NCBI GenBank assembly: GCA_034226945.1
Contig: CP120457.1
Location: 62,001 to 126,000, forward strand
Origin: Picochlorum sp. SENEW3
Lineage: Eukaryota
DNA: 64,000 bases
Direction: 5' to 3'
Below are positions 1-13,315 of this stretch, piece after piece (positions within the stretch are counted from its first letter, which is position 1; every line of letters starts with the position of its first letter). A model generated the notes under the pieces. It made no database searches and was not told the DNA's origin. It saw only the letters and a program-made list of their open reading frames with translations. The translations under genes and the position numbers were made by a program.

Positions 1-190
1 TATTCAGCAACCTTGGCAGATGATAGGCTGCAGTCAAATGCGGACACATCCGCTCTATCTTCCTATTCCAATCAGTTTTCTTTGATTTGATCTTTGGATA
101 AAACGTCTTCTTCATCGATGTCAGCGACACAGCTACGGATAGTGCCAAGCCACCGGCCCCTGCTATGACCACGTGTTTCAATGGTACCAT
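1..190 (-). CDS. 5' part of a probable alpha/beta-hydrolase (ABHD1/2/3 or YheT-like); runs off the window edge
   Basis: Hand translation from ATG at 190, open to position 1: MVPLKHVVIAGAGGLALSVAVSLTSMKKTFYPKIKSKKTDWNRKIERMCPHLTAAYHLPRLLN. Hydrophobic N-anchor and a CPxLxxxY..P.L.N pattern resembling ABHD N-termini. Not in the ORF track. Confidence 0.45.
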   Translation of the reverse strand, partial: MVPLKHVVIAGAGGLALSVAVSLTSMKKTFYPKIKSKKTDWNRKIERMCPHLTAAYHLPRLLN

Positions 191-234
191 TGACAATTCT
201 AATGTCTGGAATATTAAATACAAAATACAAATAT

Positions 235-3200
235 CTAATACCGAGGTGGGGCAGCATTATTTTCACTCAGGCTCATGGCAATTGCCAAGTCAAGGTCATC
301 GTCCACTGGAGTCATGGTGATGGGCTGACGAGTTTCTCTTTTAGAAGCTTCAATGGCTCTCCTGAATTCTGCATCATCCTCGCCTCTAGGCTGATTGTAT
401 CTATTCAATGCTGCTGCTTGGGCTGCTACGGGGTCTTGTGGAATGTCAACTGCCCCTGCAAATGGACGAGCACCAGCAACAGGGTAGCTTGTGCCATTTG
501 TGTACCCGTTGGTGTACCCATTTGTGTAGTGGCTGGAAAATCCATGGCCATTTCCATTTCCATTCATCTGTCCATTGTATTGGTAAGGGTACATTGCTCC
601 GTTCATGCTGTTGGGGGGAGGCTTTTTCTTTGTTCGGCAGCAACAGCACCAGAGGATGGAGAGCAGCAAAATGCCAACAACACAGCTTGCAACAATGATC
701 ACAATCAAGGCCCATGTGGGCAGTCCACTGCTGCTACCTTCAAGCTCAAACGTATATGGCGGGGAAGGTTCTCCTTCGTTCCCTGCGGCATCTACTCCTT
801 TTGCCCTGAAGGTGTATGTTCCTTGGGCAAGGCCAGCATATGTGCAAGAGGTTAGCGAGCAGTTTGCCCATTTTCCCAAGTCGCCCTTTCCGAGAACATT
901 TTCTTCAGGAGAATCAGATTTGATGGTGTGAGTCATCAGCGATTTCACTGCCGCATCCCCACTAGGGACATCGGCAGTGACTGGTGCTTGCTCAGCAACA
1001 GTGTCAGCATCCAAGGACAGATATCCTTGCCACAGAACGGGGGATCCTCCGTTTTCTATATCTGGATCTGTTATATTGAAGGTCACCGTGCCACCTGGAT
1101 TCACCTGGTCTTTTGAGGGCCCGGATGTGATGGTTGCAGTGGGCGGTACGGTATCCATCCATACACGAATGGGCTCTTGGTTTGAGACTCTGCCAGCATT
1201 GTCTGTTGCTGTGACTGAAATCTGCCATTCTCCCTCTTCCAAATCAAATGTCCACGGGGATTCACAAGGTTTCGGGGCCCACCGCTCACTATCTTCTTCT
1301 ATTTGTTGTCCGACAAGTTGGATGGGCACAACTTGGCATGTCACATTAGCAATGCCAGACCCCTGTGGTCCATCATCTACTGTGAATGTCACCGTCATTG
1401 TTGGCTCCCTCGTGCCTTGTGGATACTCCAAATTGACAACAGGCGCATCGAGATCCACAATGAAATCAAAGGTAGTGCTGTTGCCTCGGTTACCCACGGG
1501 GTCGGTTGCCGTGACCTCAAGAACATACCGACCTCCTGTCAAGTTCCTAAACTGCACTGGCCCCACACAAGGCGCCCAGTCCATACTATCATTGGTAGAG
1601 TCTATTCCAACTAATTTGCACTGAGTCTTTCCTGGTTCCGAGAGTTCAAATTGAAAAGTAGCAACAGAAGTGGAAAATATACTTGGGCTTCCCACAATAT
1701 TGACAGTGGGAGCAATTTCATCAACTGTGAAAGTCGAAAGTGCAGCACTCTCAACGGGTGCCCCAATGATGCGAGCAAAGAATGTATATTTCCCATCATC
1801 AATCAATCCATATTCCTGATATCCTGTGCAAGCTTCCCATTGCTGTGGGACGCCTGGATTCTCCAAGTCAGTGGGCCATCGAACCATCGAGCATTCCAAC
1901 TGCTGGCTCACTTCTTGAGTTCCAGCCACCAAGCTCACTGTTTTGAAGGAAACTTCAGATTTTGGGATCGTCATGAAAGGCCCGTCTTGAATATAAACAA
2001 CAGGATAGGTTGTGTCCGTTGGAATATTGATCGGGTTTTCCGACAGAGGACTGGTGTTACCAGCCTGATCGATGGCCTTGATAACAAAGTTCCACTGTCC
2101 TGGCAGCATCCAGCCTACTGTAACACCATCTGAGCAATTGAACCACTGGTTGAGAACGATTGGAGACGCAACAACTTCTCCTCCTGAGACCCGTCCTTGA
2201 CTGCCCGATAAATTTTCTCCCGTGAGCATGCATTGTGTGAAAACTTCAGTCAGATCTTCTGTACTGATTCGGAATTTTGCACTGCCCCTTGGGACTTCTG
2301 CTGGAGTGGTCTCTAGAATGGGTGGCGTTTTGTCCACAACAAAAATTCGATTCGCCACCGAGTTTTCGTTCACTGGTCGGACACTAAACGAATATTCTCC
2401 ATCATTAAGGCCTTGATATGACTGAGGCGAGGTGCAGGGGCCCCAAGGTTGATCTACCACAGATCCATCCTGCACGATCTCCAACTTGCACTCGAACGAT
2501 GCTCCGTTAGAAACCCCTGTTCCCAGGCCAAACTCAAAGGTGATAACATCTTCGTTTGTCAAAGGCGGTGGTCCGCTGAGAATGTTGGCAGATATGACTG
2601 GGCACTCAGCAGAGCCCTCGGATGGTGATATAATGGTACCTTCGAAATCGCCAATGACAGCTATGGCATACGGCTGTGGACCATAGTTTTGAGAGTATAT
2701 TCCCGCACCAAATACCTCAATCGATACTCTTCCAGCAGGAAGATACGAGAATCTGACCTGCTCCACATTGTTCACTGTATCAGGTTTGGTTGAGTCGTCA
2801 ATGTCCCCTCCATTCCCCAGAATCGGGATACCGTTGTAACCTTCGCTTCGAACAACCAAATCAATGTTATTCACAAGTGATTTCGGAGCGCTTGGATTTC
2901 CTGGTAAATCTGTCCATGCTACTGTGATGGACAGAGGCCCTCCTGTAGATCTGATGCAATACAAATGTTTATCCCCATCTGTTATATCCACAGAATCTAG
3001 TACCTGGAATCCCTTTGGATTGTATGGATTGTTTTCAACCTTCAAGGAGCCACCCAAATAAACACGTCCATAGCCTTGCCGGAACGATGGTGCTGGATCA
3101 ATGGGCAGTCCTGTATCTGCCTCATACCCTCCTATTTGTTTGGCCCCACCCATCATCACTGCTTTGACCAGCGCAGAAGTAGGCATAAAACCATTTTCTG

Positions 3201-5635
3201 CCACAGGAAATCCTCCTGGATAAAATCCATCCTTAAAGTATTGCTGGACCAAAACAGCATTTCCTGCAGCAACAGGTGTGGCCATTGAGGTGCCTGCAAA
3301 TATGGAGGTACTGCAGCTAGTGCCAGCTTTTGCTGATGCGACAATGCCTGGGGCAAGAACGTCTGGCTTAACTCGTCTGTCTGGCTGCACAGGTCCTTGT
3401 GACGAAAATTCAGCCAAATTCTCGTAGCCAATGTCACCCTTGGGGGACGGCCCAAATGAGATGGAGAGAGACTGCCCAGAGTTAATTTCGGCAATCAGAT
3501 TCTGTCCGATTCGTCTAGGAATAAATCCAGTAGGAATATTCACTGTTCCTCCAGATGTATCTGGTATGAAATACGCCCCTGCGACGTTGTCATAAATGAT
3601 GGCACCTGCTGCTCCCGCCAACTGGGCATTTTGAGCCTTTTCCACAAATTCACAAGTTCCTCGCTCAATCAGTGCAATCTTGCCGATGACATCGCCCGAA
3701 TTTTGAAAAGAAGAGCATCCATCCAATGGATTAGATATCACCAATGCATACTGAGAATTGGTCAACTCGTCAAATCCAGGGCTGAATGACGACAGTAGAA
3801 CTGGGAAACTGTACCCTGCAACCCCGTTAATTTGAATGCTCGCGGTATACGTAGTAAATACACCAATGTTTTGAGCCGTTGTTCCCGTGGTCTGAGTAGC
3901 TCCAACTGCCATGCAATTCTTGGCTGTTGCAGGCGAATTCACAGTTGATGTGCCACTGTTGCCATTGTATGTTGCCCGATCACCATCATTTCCAGCTGGG
4001 AACACGGGCAAAAAAGTGGGATTTTCCCAGCAGAAGGCATCGATTTGTAAAGCCTCATAATCATAATAAATGCTAGTAGAGCCCCACGAGTCAGAGTGAA
4101 CAGTTGCTCCCACATCTGTTGTATATTTAAAGTATTGGTTTGCCAAATCCCTCGGGGTCACAATGCGGTCCCCATCTCGAGCAGACGATAGATCTGCAAC
4201 GAAACATCATGTTATATATTAATGTGAATGCATAGATCAGAAATCAATATCAAGGCAACATACCTACAAACGCCAGCTTTGCATCTGGGGCCATGCCGAT
4301 ATTCTCGCCACTTGTCTCTGCAAGAGTATTCCCATATGGAATGCCTGCCAAAGTTCCACACGTATGAGTACCGTGACCGTTATCATCTCGGAAGTCAGCA
4401 AACGCTCTATATAGCCTAATTTTTCGATGCGTCGTCGAGGTGAACGTCAACACGTTGTCATCAGTGACAATGTTTGCTGACCAGTCTGTATCAGGGTCAG
4501 CAAAGAAACAATGCTGGTAATCTAATCCACTGTCTCCAATTCCCACGACCATATCCTTTCCAGTGATACCTGCACTCCATATTGGGTGGTATTCTGGGTC
4601 GGTGTTGATGATCCCGGACAGCGGTGCAGGACGACCCGACTGCGTAATTGTCGATGCTTGCCTATTCAACATTCTCACTCGTGGCATGGGCTCCACCCAG
4701 TGCACCGCATGGCGTTCAGCCAGCCAATCGATCGCATTTTGAATCTTCTTTCCTGGTACATAAACCGTCACAGCATGCTTTCCATTGTCCTGGATGTGTG
4801 CAACAGGGAATGCCTCTTCCAATGCATCCCTCCAGTCCTTCACAGCAGCAATCCCGCCATGATACCCTGTGGCTATCTTCTTCTCCCACCTATGGATTCG
4901 TCCGTTTTGAATGTCATGTCTGCCATGTTGGTGGTGATGTGGTCTCGGCTTCTGTTGCATCGGGAACAAAGCTCTCACACCGAACAGTGCCTCGCCGCCC
5001 TCCGAATACAGCACATCAATAGGAAGATGCTCATACCCCCTCATGGTGATGTTCTTCGCATGCACATTCGCCAACCTTTCCTCAACTGCTTGCATCACTC
5101 GTTTCCACTCCGGCGCAATCTTGTGCCCGGCTTGATATGGAACGGACCACTGGACATCCTCGTGTCCCAGTGCCCGCTCCAGTGCCTCGTGTGGACCCAC
5201 AACAAGCATGCTACCATTCCCGAAATACCCGGATACGTGGCATCCATGCCTCTCTATATGATCGATAAGCTGATCGCTGTGGCGATGGAACCCTACGAGA
5301 GCCTGTTTCGCATGCTGCAGCCAACCCCATTCCGTGGAACGCGTCTTGACCTTGTCCAGGCCCAAGCCTGTCGTACCGCGTTCGACTCTCAACATGGCCA
5401 GCCTCCTCCTCTCCCGTCCATTCAAGCTACTTCTATCATTAATTATCCCATTCGTAAAATAATTCGTTCTCTCTGATCCCTTGGGGACATAGACGGGTCC
5501 ACTTCGTAATTCCAACAGAACGGACTGGTCAAAGCCAAGGGCAGTTGCACCACCATCTATCAGGCCAAAGGACCCAACTATGCTACCAAGAGAAACAATG
5601 GGCAGTATAAATAAAAGTAATACCATGTGTCCCAT
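235..5635 (-). CDS. Large type I membrane subtilisin-like (S8, KP-43/TagC-like) serine protease with PA domain, repeated Ig-like stalk, TM helix and cytosolic tail
   Basis: ORFs 4250..5635 and 235..4161 join in frame via GT-AG intron 4194..4263 (LAFV/DLSSARDGDRIVTPR). Signal peptide; triad motifs GIGDSG, HGTHTCG, GTSMATP; oxyanion PAGN; PA motif IALIERGTCEFVEKAQNAQLAGA; repeated D-x-AGN...F-x-VD units; TM WALIVIIVASCVVGILLLSILW. Confidence 0.9.
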
Positions 5636-5966
5636 TGTTTCAATACCTCATGTGCTCAAACGTGTCGCTGTCAGTTCTGGGACGACCAAAGACTGAAAAA
5701 CATGTGGCCGTTGAATACATGAAATTGGACACGTTTTAAAGAGATAATGTAATGAAAAATGATATGTGAACCTCATGCCTTGGCGGGTTTGGATTCTTGA
5801 CTCAGCATTCATGAATTTGGGAGTCTGTTCGATCCAATCCAATCGTCGACGGTGCCAGATGCATGCATCGCAAATGCAGTCCTCCATGGCTGCATGCTGC
5901 TTGTTTCCATGCGAAGGAACAGCGTAATATTTATAGATGATAGAATAGGGTATAGTATCTGCGAGA

Positions 5967-6692
5967 GTGTCCACGATGGTGTCGATAGTGAGTAGGAGCG
6001 ACGATGAGGATGTTCCTTTGAGCAAGGTTGTTCCGAAACAGGGGAGCGATGCGGGGCAGGCTGCTGATACGAAACAAAATGATACAATAGTTCAGGCTGT
6101 TAATGGAACACGTGAGGAGGGTTCGAAGAAGAAGAAGAAGGAGAAGAAGAGGAAGGCTGAAGAGAGTGGAAAGGGAGTTGCTGCAGGCAAGAAGGCGGAG
6201 GGCGATGGCGCTCAGAAGAGAGTACGGAAGGTTTTCGATAAGCCAGGGCAAACTCGAGAGACGCCTCCGGAGGAGGATCCTCAGCGGCGATTTTACACCA
6301 GTCTCCTGGAGCAGAATCCAAAGAGTGAGATGGCACAGAAATGGTGTGTTATGAACGGCCTGTTGCCTGTTGAAGAAGCAAAGAAGTGGGTAGCAAAGCA
6401 TGGGAAGAAGACTTCAGGGAAGAGTAGTACGAGTGAGAAGAAGGCCTCTGCAGTGAAGAGGTCCTCTGATGGCAAATCTCCAGCAAACAAGAAGAAGAAG
6501 AAGAAGGAGAGCAGCGAGGTAGAGAAGAAGAAGGCAAAGAAGACTCAAAAGGCGCAATACAAAGAGGAGCCTATTAGAAGTGATAGTGATCAAGAAATTA
6601 TTCCCAAGAAGAAAAAGAGGACCCCGTTGCCAGAGGGGGCAGCAAGGCCAGTAGGGAGGGATGCAGTGAGATTTGATGATGAGGATGTCTGA
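5967..6692 (+). CDS. Lysine-rich uncharacterized, probably nuclear, protein
   Basis: 241 aa ORF with poly-K tracts and a compact core DPQRRFYTSLLEQNPKSEMAQKWCVMNGLL resembling a conserved plant/algal unknown family. Start may be the ATG near 5976. Confidence 0.7.
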   Translation: MSTMVSIVSRSDDEDVPLSKVVPKQGSDAGQAADTKQNDTIVQAVNGTREEGSKKKKKEKKRKAEESGKGVAAGKKAEGDGAQKRVRKVFDKPGQTRETPPEEDPQRRFYTSLLEQNPKSEMAQKWCVMNGLLPVEEAKKWVAKHGKKTSGKSSTSEKKASAVKRSSDGKSPANKKKKKKESSEVEKKKAKKTQKAQYKEEPIRSDSDQEIIPKKKKRTPLPEGAARPVGRDAVRFDDEDV

Positions 6693-6710
6693 CAATGGCA
6701 ATAAATAAAT

Positions 6711-9700
6711 TTATTTGGATATCTTAATATCTTCGAGCATGTCACATATCGCCCGAATAGATTCCCTGTTTGTTCCTGCTTGGGAAGCAACTCTGGCCTG
6801 GGTCCCGACGTTGGCATGGAGGTACTCTTTGAACAGGTCACCGTCAACAATGCCTTGGGAATACAAGGACAGCGATGGATCAAAGGGTTTCGCGCCTTGG
6901 AGACTTACCAAAGACTTTTGGTATCGTCTTCTGAAAGCTGATGGGTTGAGGCCAGCTCCATGAGGAATGACTGATGATATGGCTCTTGCTGACCTCGTGG
7001 CAAGGCCTGAAAAACTCGATGCCTCAGCTGCTGTAAGAGGGACAACCATGTGTATTCCTCCCAAGTCAGTGCAACACAAAACTCCCTGTTTAGATTTGCT
7101 CCTCTGATCTGAGAGGCGAATTCCCTCATTCTCACGAGTGCTCTCAAGCAGAGGGTGAGACACGGAGGTTCTTAGCATGCTTGAGACACCTTTCCCAACG
7201 TGCAGGGCACCCCAATTGTCTAACTTTTGCCCCTTCCAGCTCTTTGGGTCATTTGGAGAGTATGTAAAAGTCCACATGTTTCCTTCACCATCCGCCATCA
7301 CGATATGAAGGGACGATGCAGCGATAAGAAACTGGCATGCCTTTGTACAGGCTTGACCAAAATCTTTGGACAACATGTTTATCTGCTTGCCTTGATCCTT
7401 GTACCTCAAAAAGTGCACACTGTGCTGCGCATCTCCCAGGAGAATGAAGTTCTTCACAACATTCAATGAGGTTATCAGCGATGGTCCTTCGTAGAAAGCA
7501 GATCTTTGTAGCGTAAACAGAATATTGGCATCTGCCACCTCGACTCTTTTTGATTTAAGCATACATGTTTCAATCCTGTTACCCGTAGATAGCAGTAAGT
7601 ATCCTTCGACTGCTGTCACATTTGTAACAGGGCCTTTGAATTCTCTCGCGTACGTCATCCGACCTGCCCATGCGTTGTTCTCTTGTTTTGTCACTTCAAT
7701 AAGAATGACTCTACCACTGCATGGATAGTCCTCACCTGCAGCAAATGATGTTCCTACGGCAATCATTGGCACTGTCGCCCCAGATTCATGATCTTTCAAG
7801 TGCAGCGCCTGAATTGAAATTCCCTTCTCTCCTGGTAAAAGCGGGAAGCTCCACAGGACAGTCCATGTTGAAGGACTAATGATTCGAACCTCGTGCCTAT
7901 CCAAATGATTATCTTTAGCACCCTCTATTCCTGCCAGCGAATAAGAATATGCTGCATGTGGCTCGCTTTGTCCATCTTCTGGTAGGAATGGCGCGTGTGG
8001 AGATGGCAAAGACACTATCAAGGCCACAAGTTTTGCCTCTGGATAGTATGTGCAGTCCAAGGGGACAGATTTGATTCCCAGTTTCCTCTTTGGCCAAGAG
8101 GCATCCATCCTCTGTCTTGGAGGAAAATTTGCAATAAGCAGGGATCCATCACCCTGTACGGCTAAAAATCCATGTGGGCAATTTGCGTTGTTGAATGAGG
8201 TAAAACCGAGTACCACACTGGACAGAGGAGCAAGCCCATGGTGGGCATAGATGTTCCCTTTGCTAGCAATAAGCCACAAGGGCATGTTACCTGCAACAAA
8301 GAAGCCAGTAAAAGGGATATACTCACCAATTCGATCAAAGGTGTGGATATATCTAGACTGGTGCTCTTTAGACTTCTCCTCAGATCTTGATGCTACTGCA
8401 AGCTTGACCTTTTTCATTCTGATGTTGCCTGGGCCAGCAGGCATTGGACAAAAGAGGCTATAGCAAAACAAAGATCCACTTTCTGCCAACGCTATGAGAA
8501 TCGGACTGCTGAATCCATCGAATAATTTAAGTTTGATATCGACTAATCTATTGTTTACGACGCTGTCATCAGTTACGAAATTTGCCTCTCCTTGAGTGGG
8601 GATCACAACATCCACTCCAGAGGATAGTGAATTACTGCACCAAATAGCCTCTTTTTTGCCACTGTCAAGATGATCACAACTCCAAAGCATCGTGTCCCCG
8701 TTACTATAGGCTGCGCAAACGTATATACTGCCAGGTTTTGGCTGGTCCATTTGCACTGATAGCCATCCAGAGCTGTCGTGGTACAACGTGGCTGCCGTAA
8801 TCTTCACTGCCTTGCCATGAAACTTGGAAGGTATAGCACTCAAATAAACAACACGGCTCTCTTTTACCTCTAACACATGAGCTGATCCATCAGTCAGCAA
8901 GAGCAAAAGGATGTTTTCTGCAGCATCTGCACTCTTGATACTGCTGCCTTGCTGGAATTCGTCCAGCTGCATATCCGAAAGTTTTAAATCCTGAGACAAT
9001 CTACTTTTTTTTAAAAGACGCATTCCATTAGAATGTATCTGGTATTGGTTGCCTTCTCCCAAGGTGCCAGCCATCAGGGTCCCGACACTTTTTGAAAAGT
9101 CAGTGTCACTCAGTTCCTCCAAACTCCCACTTCCTGACAGGACTTTTGTCGTCTGGTTTTCAAATCCCAACAATACAACCGCGGTCTGTGTATCGGACTC
9201 TATTGCCCAAACACCTTTCAGCCCTGGCAAAGGGACTGTGGTGATTTTGTCAGGGGCCAGTCCATACTGCATAATGGCCAATGCCCCATTCTCAGCTGTA
9301 CCACAGCATGCCAAGAACTGTTGTCCCTCCTCCTGGCCATCTGATGGCACACTGATAATTTTTCGCATCGCTCCAAGACTAATGATACTGTCACAGACAC
9401 GTACATCTACTTCAGATGGGCTTTGCTGATTGTCAGTCATTGCATAAATGGACAACAGGTCTTCTTCCAAGTACTCTTCAAGAACATCCTCCTTCTCTTG
9501 AATGACCTGTTCATCAATCTTTTGCTTCTTCATTTTTGGAACACTTTCCTGATCACCTTCCCGTCTCGTGCATGCCAACAGAAGGCTATCACCTCCTCTG
9601 GATCCAACGAAAACTGCCCCACTGCCAATGTGAGTGATGCATGCAGGCTGAGGCCCAGCTGCAACCTTTTTCATGACCATTTTTCGTAGCCCACCGAGTT

Positions 9701-10969
9701 CCTTTGTAATCTCCAACATAATTATTTTACCATGTCGAAAGCTGATCAACGCAAAGGCATCCTCCAACCAAGCAATTGTGGCACACGAGCAGTCTATATT
9801 CCAATCCTTGTATTGGGCATCGCAGTAGGAAAAGGATGAGGAAGAGACCGTTGGTGCCAACTCTAGACCATACTTTTCTGCATATCGTTTGGCAGTATCT
9901 GAGGGGTTTTCTTTCTCTGGGTCAAATGCTAGAGGTGGAGCATTCTCAGGAGCAGGAACACCCTCTGTGTGCAGGATCACACCAGTTTTTTGACTCTGGT
10001 TTACATATAGCACAGAGGTTCCTGTGAAGACTAAAGCGCCACCATCTGGTGTGGCTGATAACTTGTACGCATCTGAGGGTATCTCCAAAACCTCCCATAT
10101 CTTTGGGTGTCTTTTGTCAGAGATGTTGATGGACAATGCTGTGAGGCAACAAGTGTCCTTTTTCTCCCGCAAATTACCTGCCCAGGATGGATTACCGTCA
10201 TGCAAGCACAGCAGAGTCGGTTCGCTCGTCCCATGAAGAAAGACGGCATCCCGAATATCCCGAACACCCACTTTCCCTAGATTGTCAATGTAGCTATTTC
10301 CCACGGAGGCAGTTGGAACTGATTGCTCCTGTCTCTCGCCAATTGACGAAGGGTCAGGATCCCCAAACAGTCCCATCTCATCACTTCCCAACGGTTCTAT
10401 TGCTGGAAGAATTGCCATTTGATGCCTGAACATAATAACTGCCGCACATCGCCCCTCTGGGTCAGTTGCACAGGATGGCGGGGATGGAAAACACACCCTT
10501 CCTGTTCTGAGGGATACATCGCTTTCAAAATAATGCAACGAACTTGGCTCCAAGTCCCACACAGCATCATTCCATCCAAGCACAGTCAATTTGGCATCCC
10601 GGAAGGTCAAAAGCAAAGCATCACGCCCTCCCTTGAGGGAACCCGAACGAGGCCTTTTCAAAACACTCAGAGACTCCACAACACCGAACAAGTTCCTCGT
10701 TCTCACCAGCTCCAATCTCGATTTTCCTTCCTCATCAGATCTAATCTTGTAAACATCTATATACGTGTGCCTCACAATCACCAGATTAGCAAATTCCTCG
10801 TCGCGGGGACTGTGAGTCAGGTATGCTGCCGCAGAGTGTGATACAGCAGTGGGCTCATGCACCTGTAATATTCATTAATCGTGTAAACTCATTTCCATGT
10901 TTGTAGTTATTGTAACAATCATCGTACCTCGAGAAGAATAGCAGCGTTCTTTTGTTTCGAAGTGTCCAT
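6711..10969 (-). CDS. CPSF160: Cleavage and polyadenylation specificity factor subunit 1
   Basis: 1383 aa ORF plus first exon 10928..10969 (intron 10863..10927). Motifs HEPTAV, RDALLLTFRDAKL, SLHYFE, GEDYPCSGR, KNFILLGD, GLNPSAFR. Confidence 0.93.
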
Positions 10970-11203
10970 GGCTATTTGTCAGCAAATTCCTACATGGATG
11001 GGTACATCTGCAGTTTCCAAGTCATGATTTAAACCCAATAAAAGAATTGGAAATGCCACATCACACATGCTTGTGTTGGATGCTTGTCTTGGCCCATGGG
11101 CCATGGGACAGCCTGGCATATAAATGTCAATTGAATTCCATTGCGTCTGAATCTGGCTTTTACAAGTATTTTTCACTATATATACGTATTTGAATACCTA
11201 AAT

Positions 11204-11746
11204 ATGTTCACTAGATTCACATCAGCCCTGACAAGAATACGCCAGACGGGCGTTCGTGCTCACCAGCAATTCGCCTCGATTCCTTCGAACAAGAGAGGCG
11301 TCTTTAGCCTTGGTCGGCAGCAGTATTCTTCAATGCGTATCATGGCATCTGAGGGGCAGATACAGAGCGAATTGATGGAGAGCATGCGGAATAAGATTCA
11401 GGTGGCTTTGGAAGCTGAGGACGTTCAGGTCACTGATATGCAGGGAGATGGGAGGCATGTGGAGATTATTGTTGTATCGAGTCAGTTTGAGGGGAAAAGT
11501 TCTGTCAATAGGCAGAGAATGGTGTACAAGGTACGCAGCGTATGGTGTGGCAAAGAATACTACCACGTTGCCCCATGTGGGAGGTCGTTCATGTTGGATG
11601 GGGGATGTCACACGGGGTTGTTCGAAAGGGATGTATACTGACATCATCTGTCTACCCTGTTGATGCAGGCTATCTGGGAGGAACTGCAAGACACTGTCCA
11701 TGCCGTGGATGCTATGGTGACAAAGACTCCTGAGGAGATGTCATGA
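11204..11746 (+). CDS. BolA-family protein (BOLA4-like, organelle-targeted)
   Basis: [32 protein letters not shown], intron 11531..11668, then [25 protein letters not shown]. Ser/Arg-rich transit-like N-terminus. Confidence 0.9.
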
Positions 11747-11783
11747 TGCCTAATGAATAATTACATGTATTTAATATACTCAG

Positions 11784-12412
11784 TTATGCCTTGACGGCGA
11801 ACTTTCTCATTGGGAAGGCTCTCTCCTTTTTAATCTGCTTCAAGGTCTTGGCATTTGCCTGATGCTTGGTCAATCTACGTCTGATGGCACGAGTCTTCTT
11901 GGTTCTTAAATCAACTGGCACATATTTCTTCCCCGCGAATTCTTCCTTCAAAGCAGCTTTCTGGTTCTGGTTAATGACAGTAAGCACGCGAGCGATAGAC
12001 TTGCGCACAACCTTGATCTTGGAGAGCTTGTTTGGGGCTCCACCGGTGACCTTGGCGACCCTGAGAGCGGCCAACTCTTGTTTGAGTTCCTTAAGCTGCA
12101 TCAAGAATCATTTAATCAATATAGTGTCTAATTGGAAAGCACATAACAAGCACTGAAACGCAATCATGCCATCCCAAACGAATTCGACTGAAATGGCGGT
12201 GCTGTCGTGAAACATACCTGACTGAGGAGCTCCTCCTTGCCCTTTGGCCTCAATTCGTGTGCCTTTACTTTAACTGCAACGTCAAATACGGGAAACGAGT
12301 GTGAGTCTGGCGCGTTCGAAGATGAATACCAGGCGCATCGGCTTCCACCGCCGACCGACGGCCAAAGCCCAACTACACCATTTGCATCCACAAGGCATGT
12401 AGACGTACCCAT
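11784..12412 (-). CDS. RPL35: 60S ribosomal protein L35 (uL29), three exons
   Basis: KVKAHELR...EELLSQ / [41 protein letters not shown]...[25 protein letters not shown] first exon at 12412. Confidence 0.95.
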
Positions 12413-12623
12413 TGTATACTAAATAATATATTTTTACTTGAAATATGATGCGATGAGGAGAAGCACCGCTGGTTTGATCCAGCCAGGTGGAGGCGCCAGA
12501 GAGTGTTTGCTTAATCTACGTTTTAAGGAACCTTTTAGGTTGATTTCGTATGCCTTCGCGATTCACGTTTCTTTCGATCAATCAGAGAGCGTACGTTTAT
12601 ATATATATGATTCTGAGAAAAGC

Positions 12624-13250
12624 ATGAGAGCAATGGATCGCGGTGTGGCGCCAACTGCGTTCTCGCTGCGAACGACACCCAGCCTGGTCACGAGAGCACC
12701 GTTGCGATGGTCGGTTGCAAGGGGCTTCATAGGGCCTCGCACGCTGCGATTGCCAGAAAAGTACGCAAAGGAACCTAGCATGGAGATGAGAGCTGTATCA
12801 CCCACGGCAGTGTTTGATGTGGCAACAGTTGCTGTTATGCCTCTGTATGCCATGATGGTGTGGTTCCCCCAAAGAGCGTGCACCAGAAATGTCATGGCAT
12901 CCAAGGTATTTTTCATCATCTCTTCCATCATATACGTGGCTTTATTGGCTCACTACGGGGTGATCGATCTGATTAGGACTGTGCTTCAGCAGGAGGGCAT
13001 GGCTCGTTCTGCCAGCTGGTGCCTCTCGTCCATGGCAGATTTGTTGAAAGATACCAGGATCACAGCCATCACCTGGGTGCATCTGCTTCTCTTGGATCTT
13101 TTCCAGGCTCGATGGGTGTATCTTGATGCACTGCAGAGGAATATTGTATCTTCCCCTTCCATTGTGCTCTGCTTCATGGTGGGGCCCATTGGCCTCTTGG
13201 CCCATGGACTTATGCGCAAGATCACGCCATCGACCGTGCAGACTGTATAA
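12624..13250 (+). CDS. ABA4: ABA4/DUF4281 family plastid membrane protein (neoxanthin biosynthesis)
   Basis: Transit-like N-terminus; WVHLLLLDLFQARWVYLD and SIVLCFMVGPIGLLAH motifs. Start uncertain. Confidence 0.8.
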   Translation: MRAMDRGVAPTAFSLRTTPSLVTRAPLRWSVARGFIGPRTLRLPEKYAKEPSMEMRAVSPTAVFDVATVAVMPLYAMMVWFPQRACTRNVMASKVFFIISSIIYVALLAHYGVIDLIRTVLQQEGMARSASWCLSSMADLLKDTRITAITWVHLLLLDLFQARWVYLDALQRNIVSSPSIVLCFMVGPIGLLAHGLMRKITPSTVQTV

Positions 13251-13315
13251 AAAATGAATATGTATATATAATTTGAATGTAATAATAACCCAGGGGTATA
13301 GAAAAACCCGCGAGA

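Noticed and set aside
4586..5476. 296-aa antisense ORF over the subtilase, and the many other shadow ORFs in the track
   Set aside because: Fully overlap well-supported genes on the opposite strand and have non-protein-like composition.
6124..6540. GAA/AAG tandem runs
   Set aside because: They encode poly-Lys tracts of the host gene and are not an independent repeat or array.
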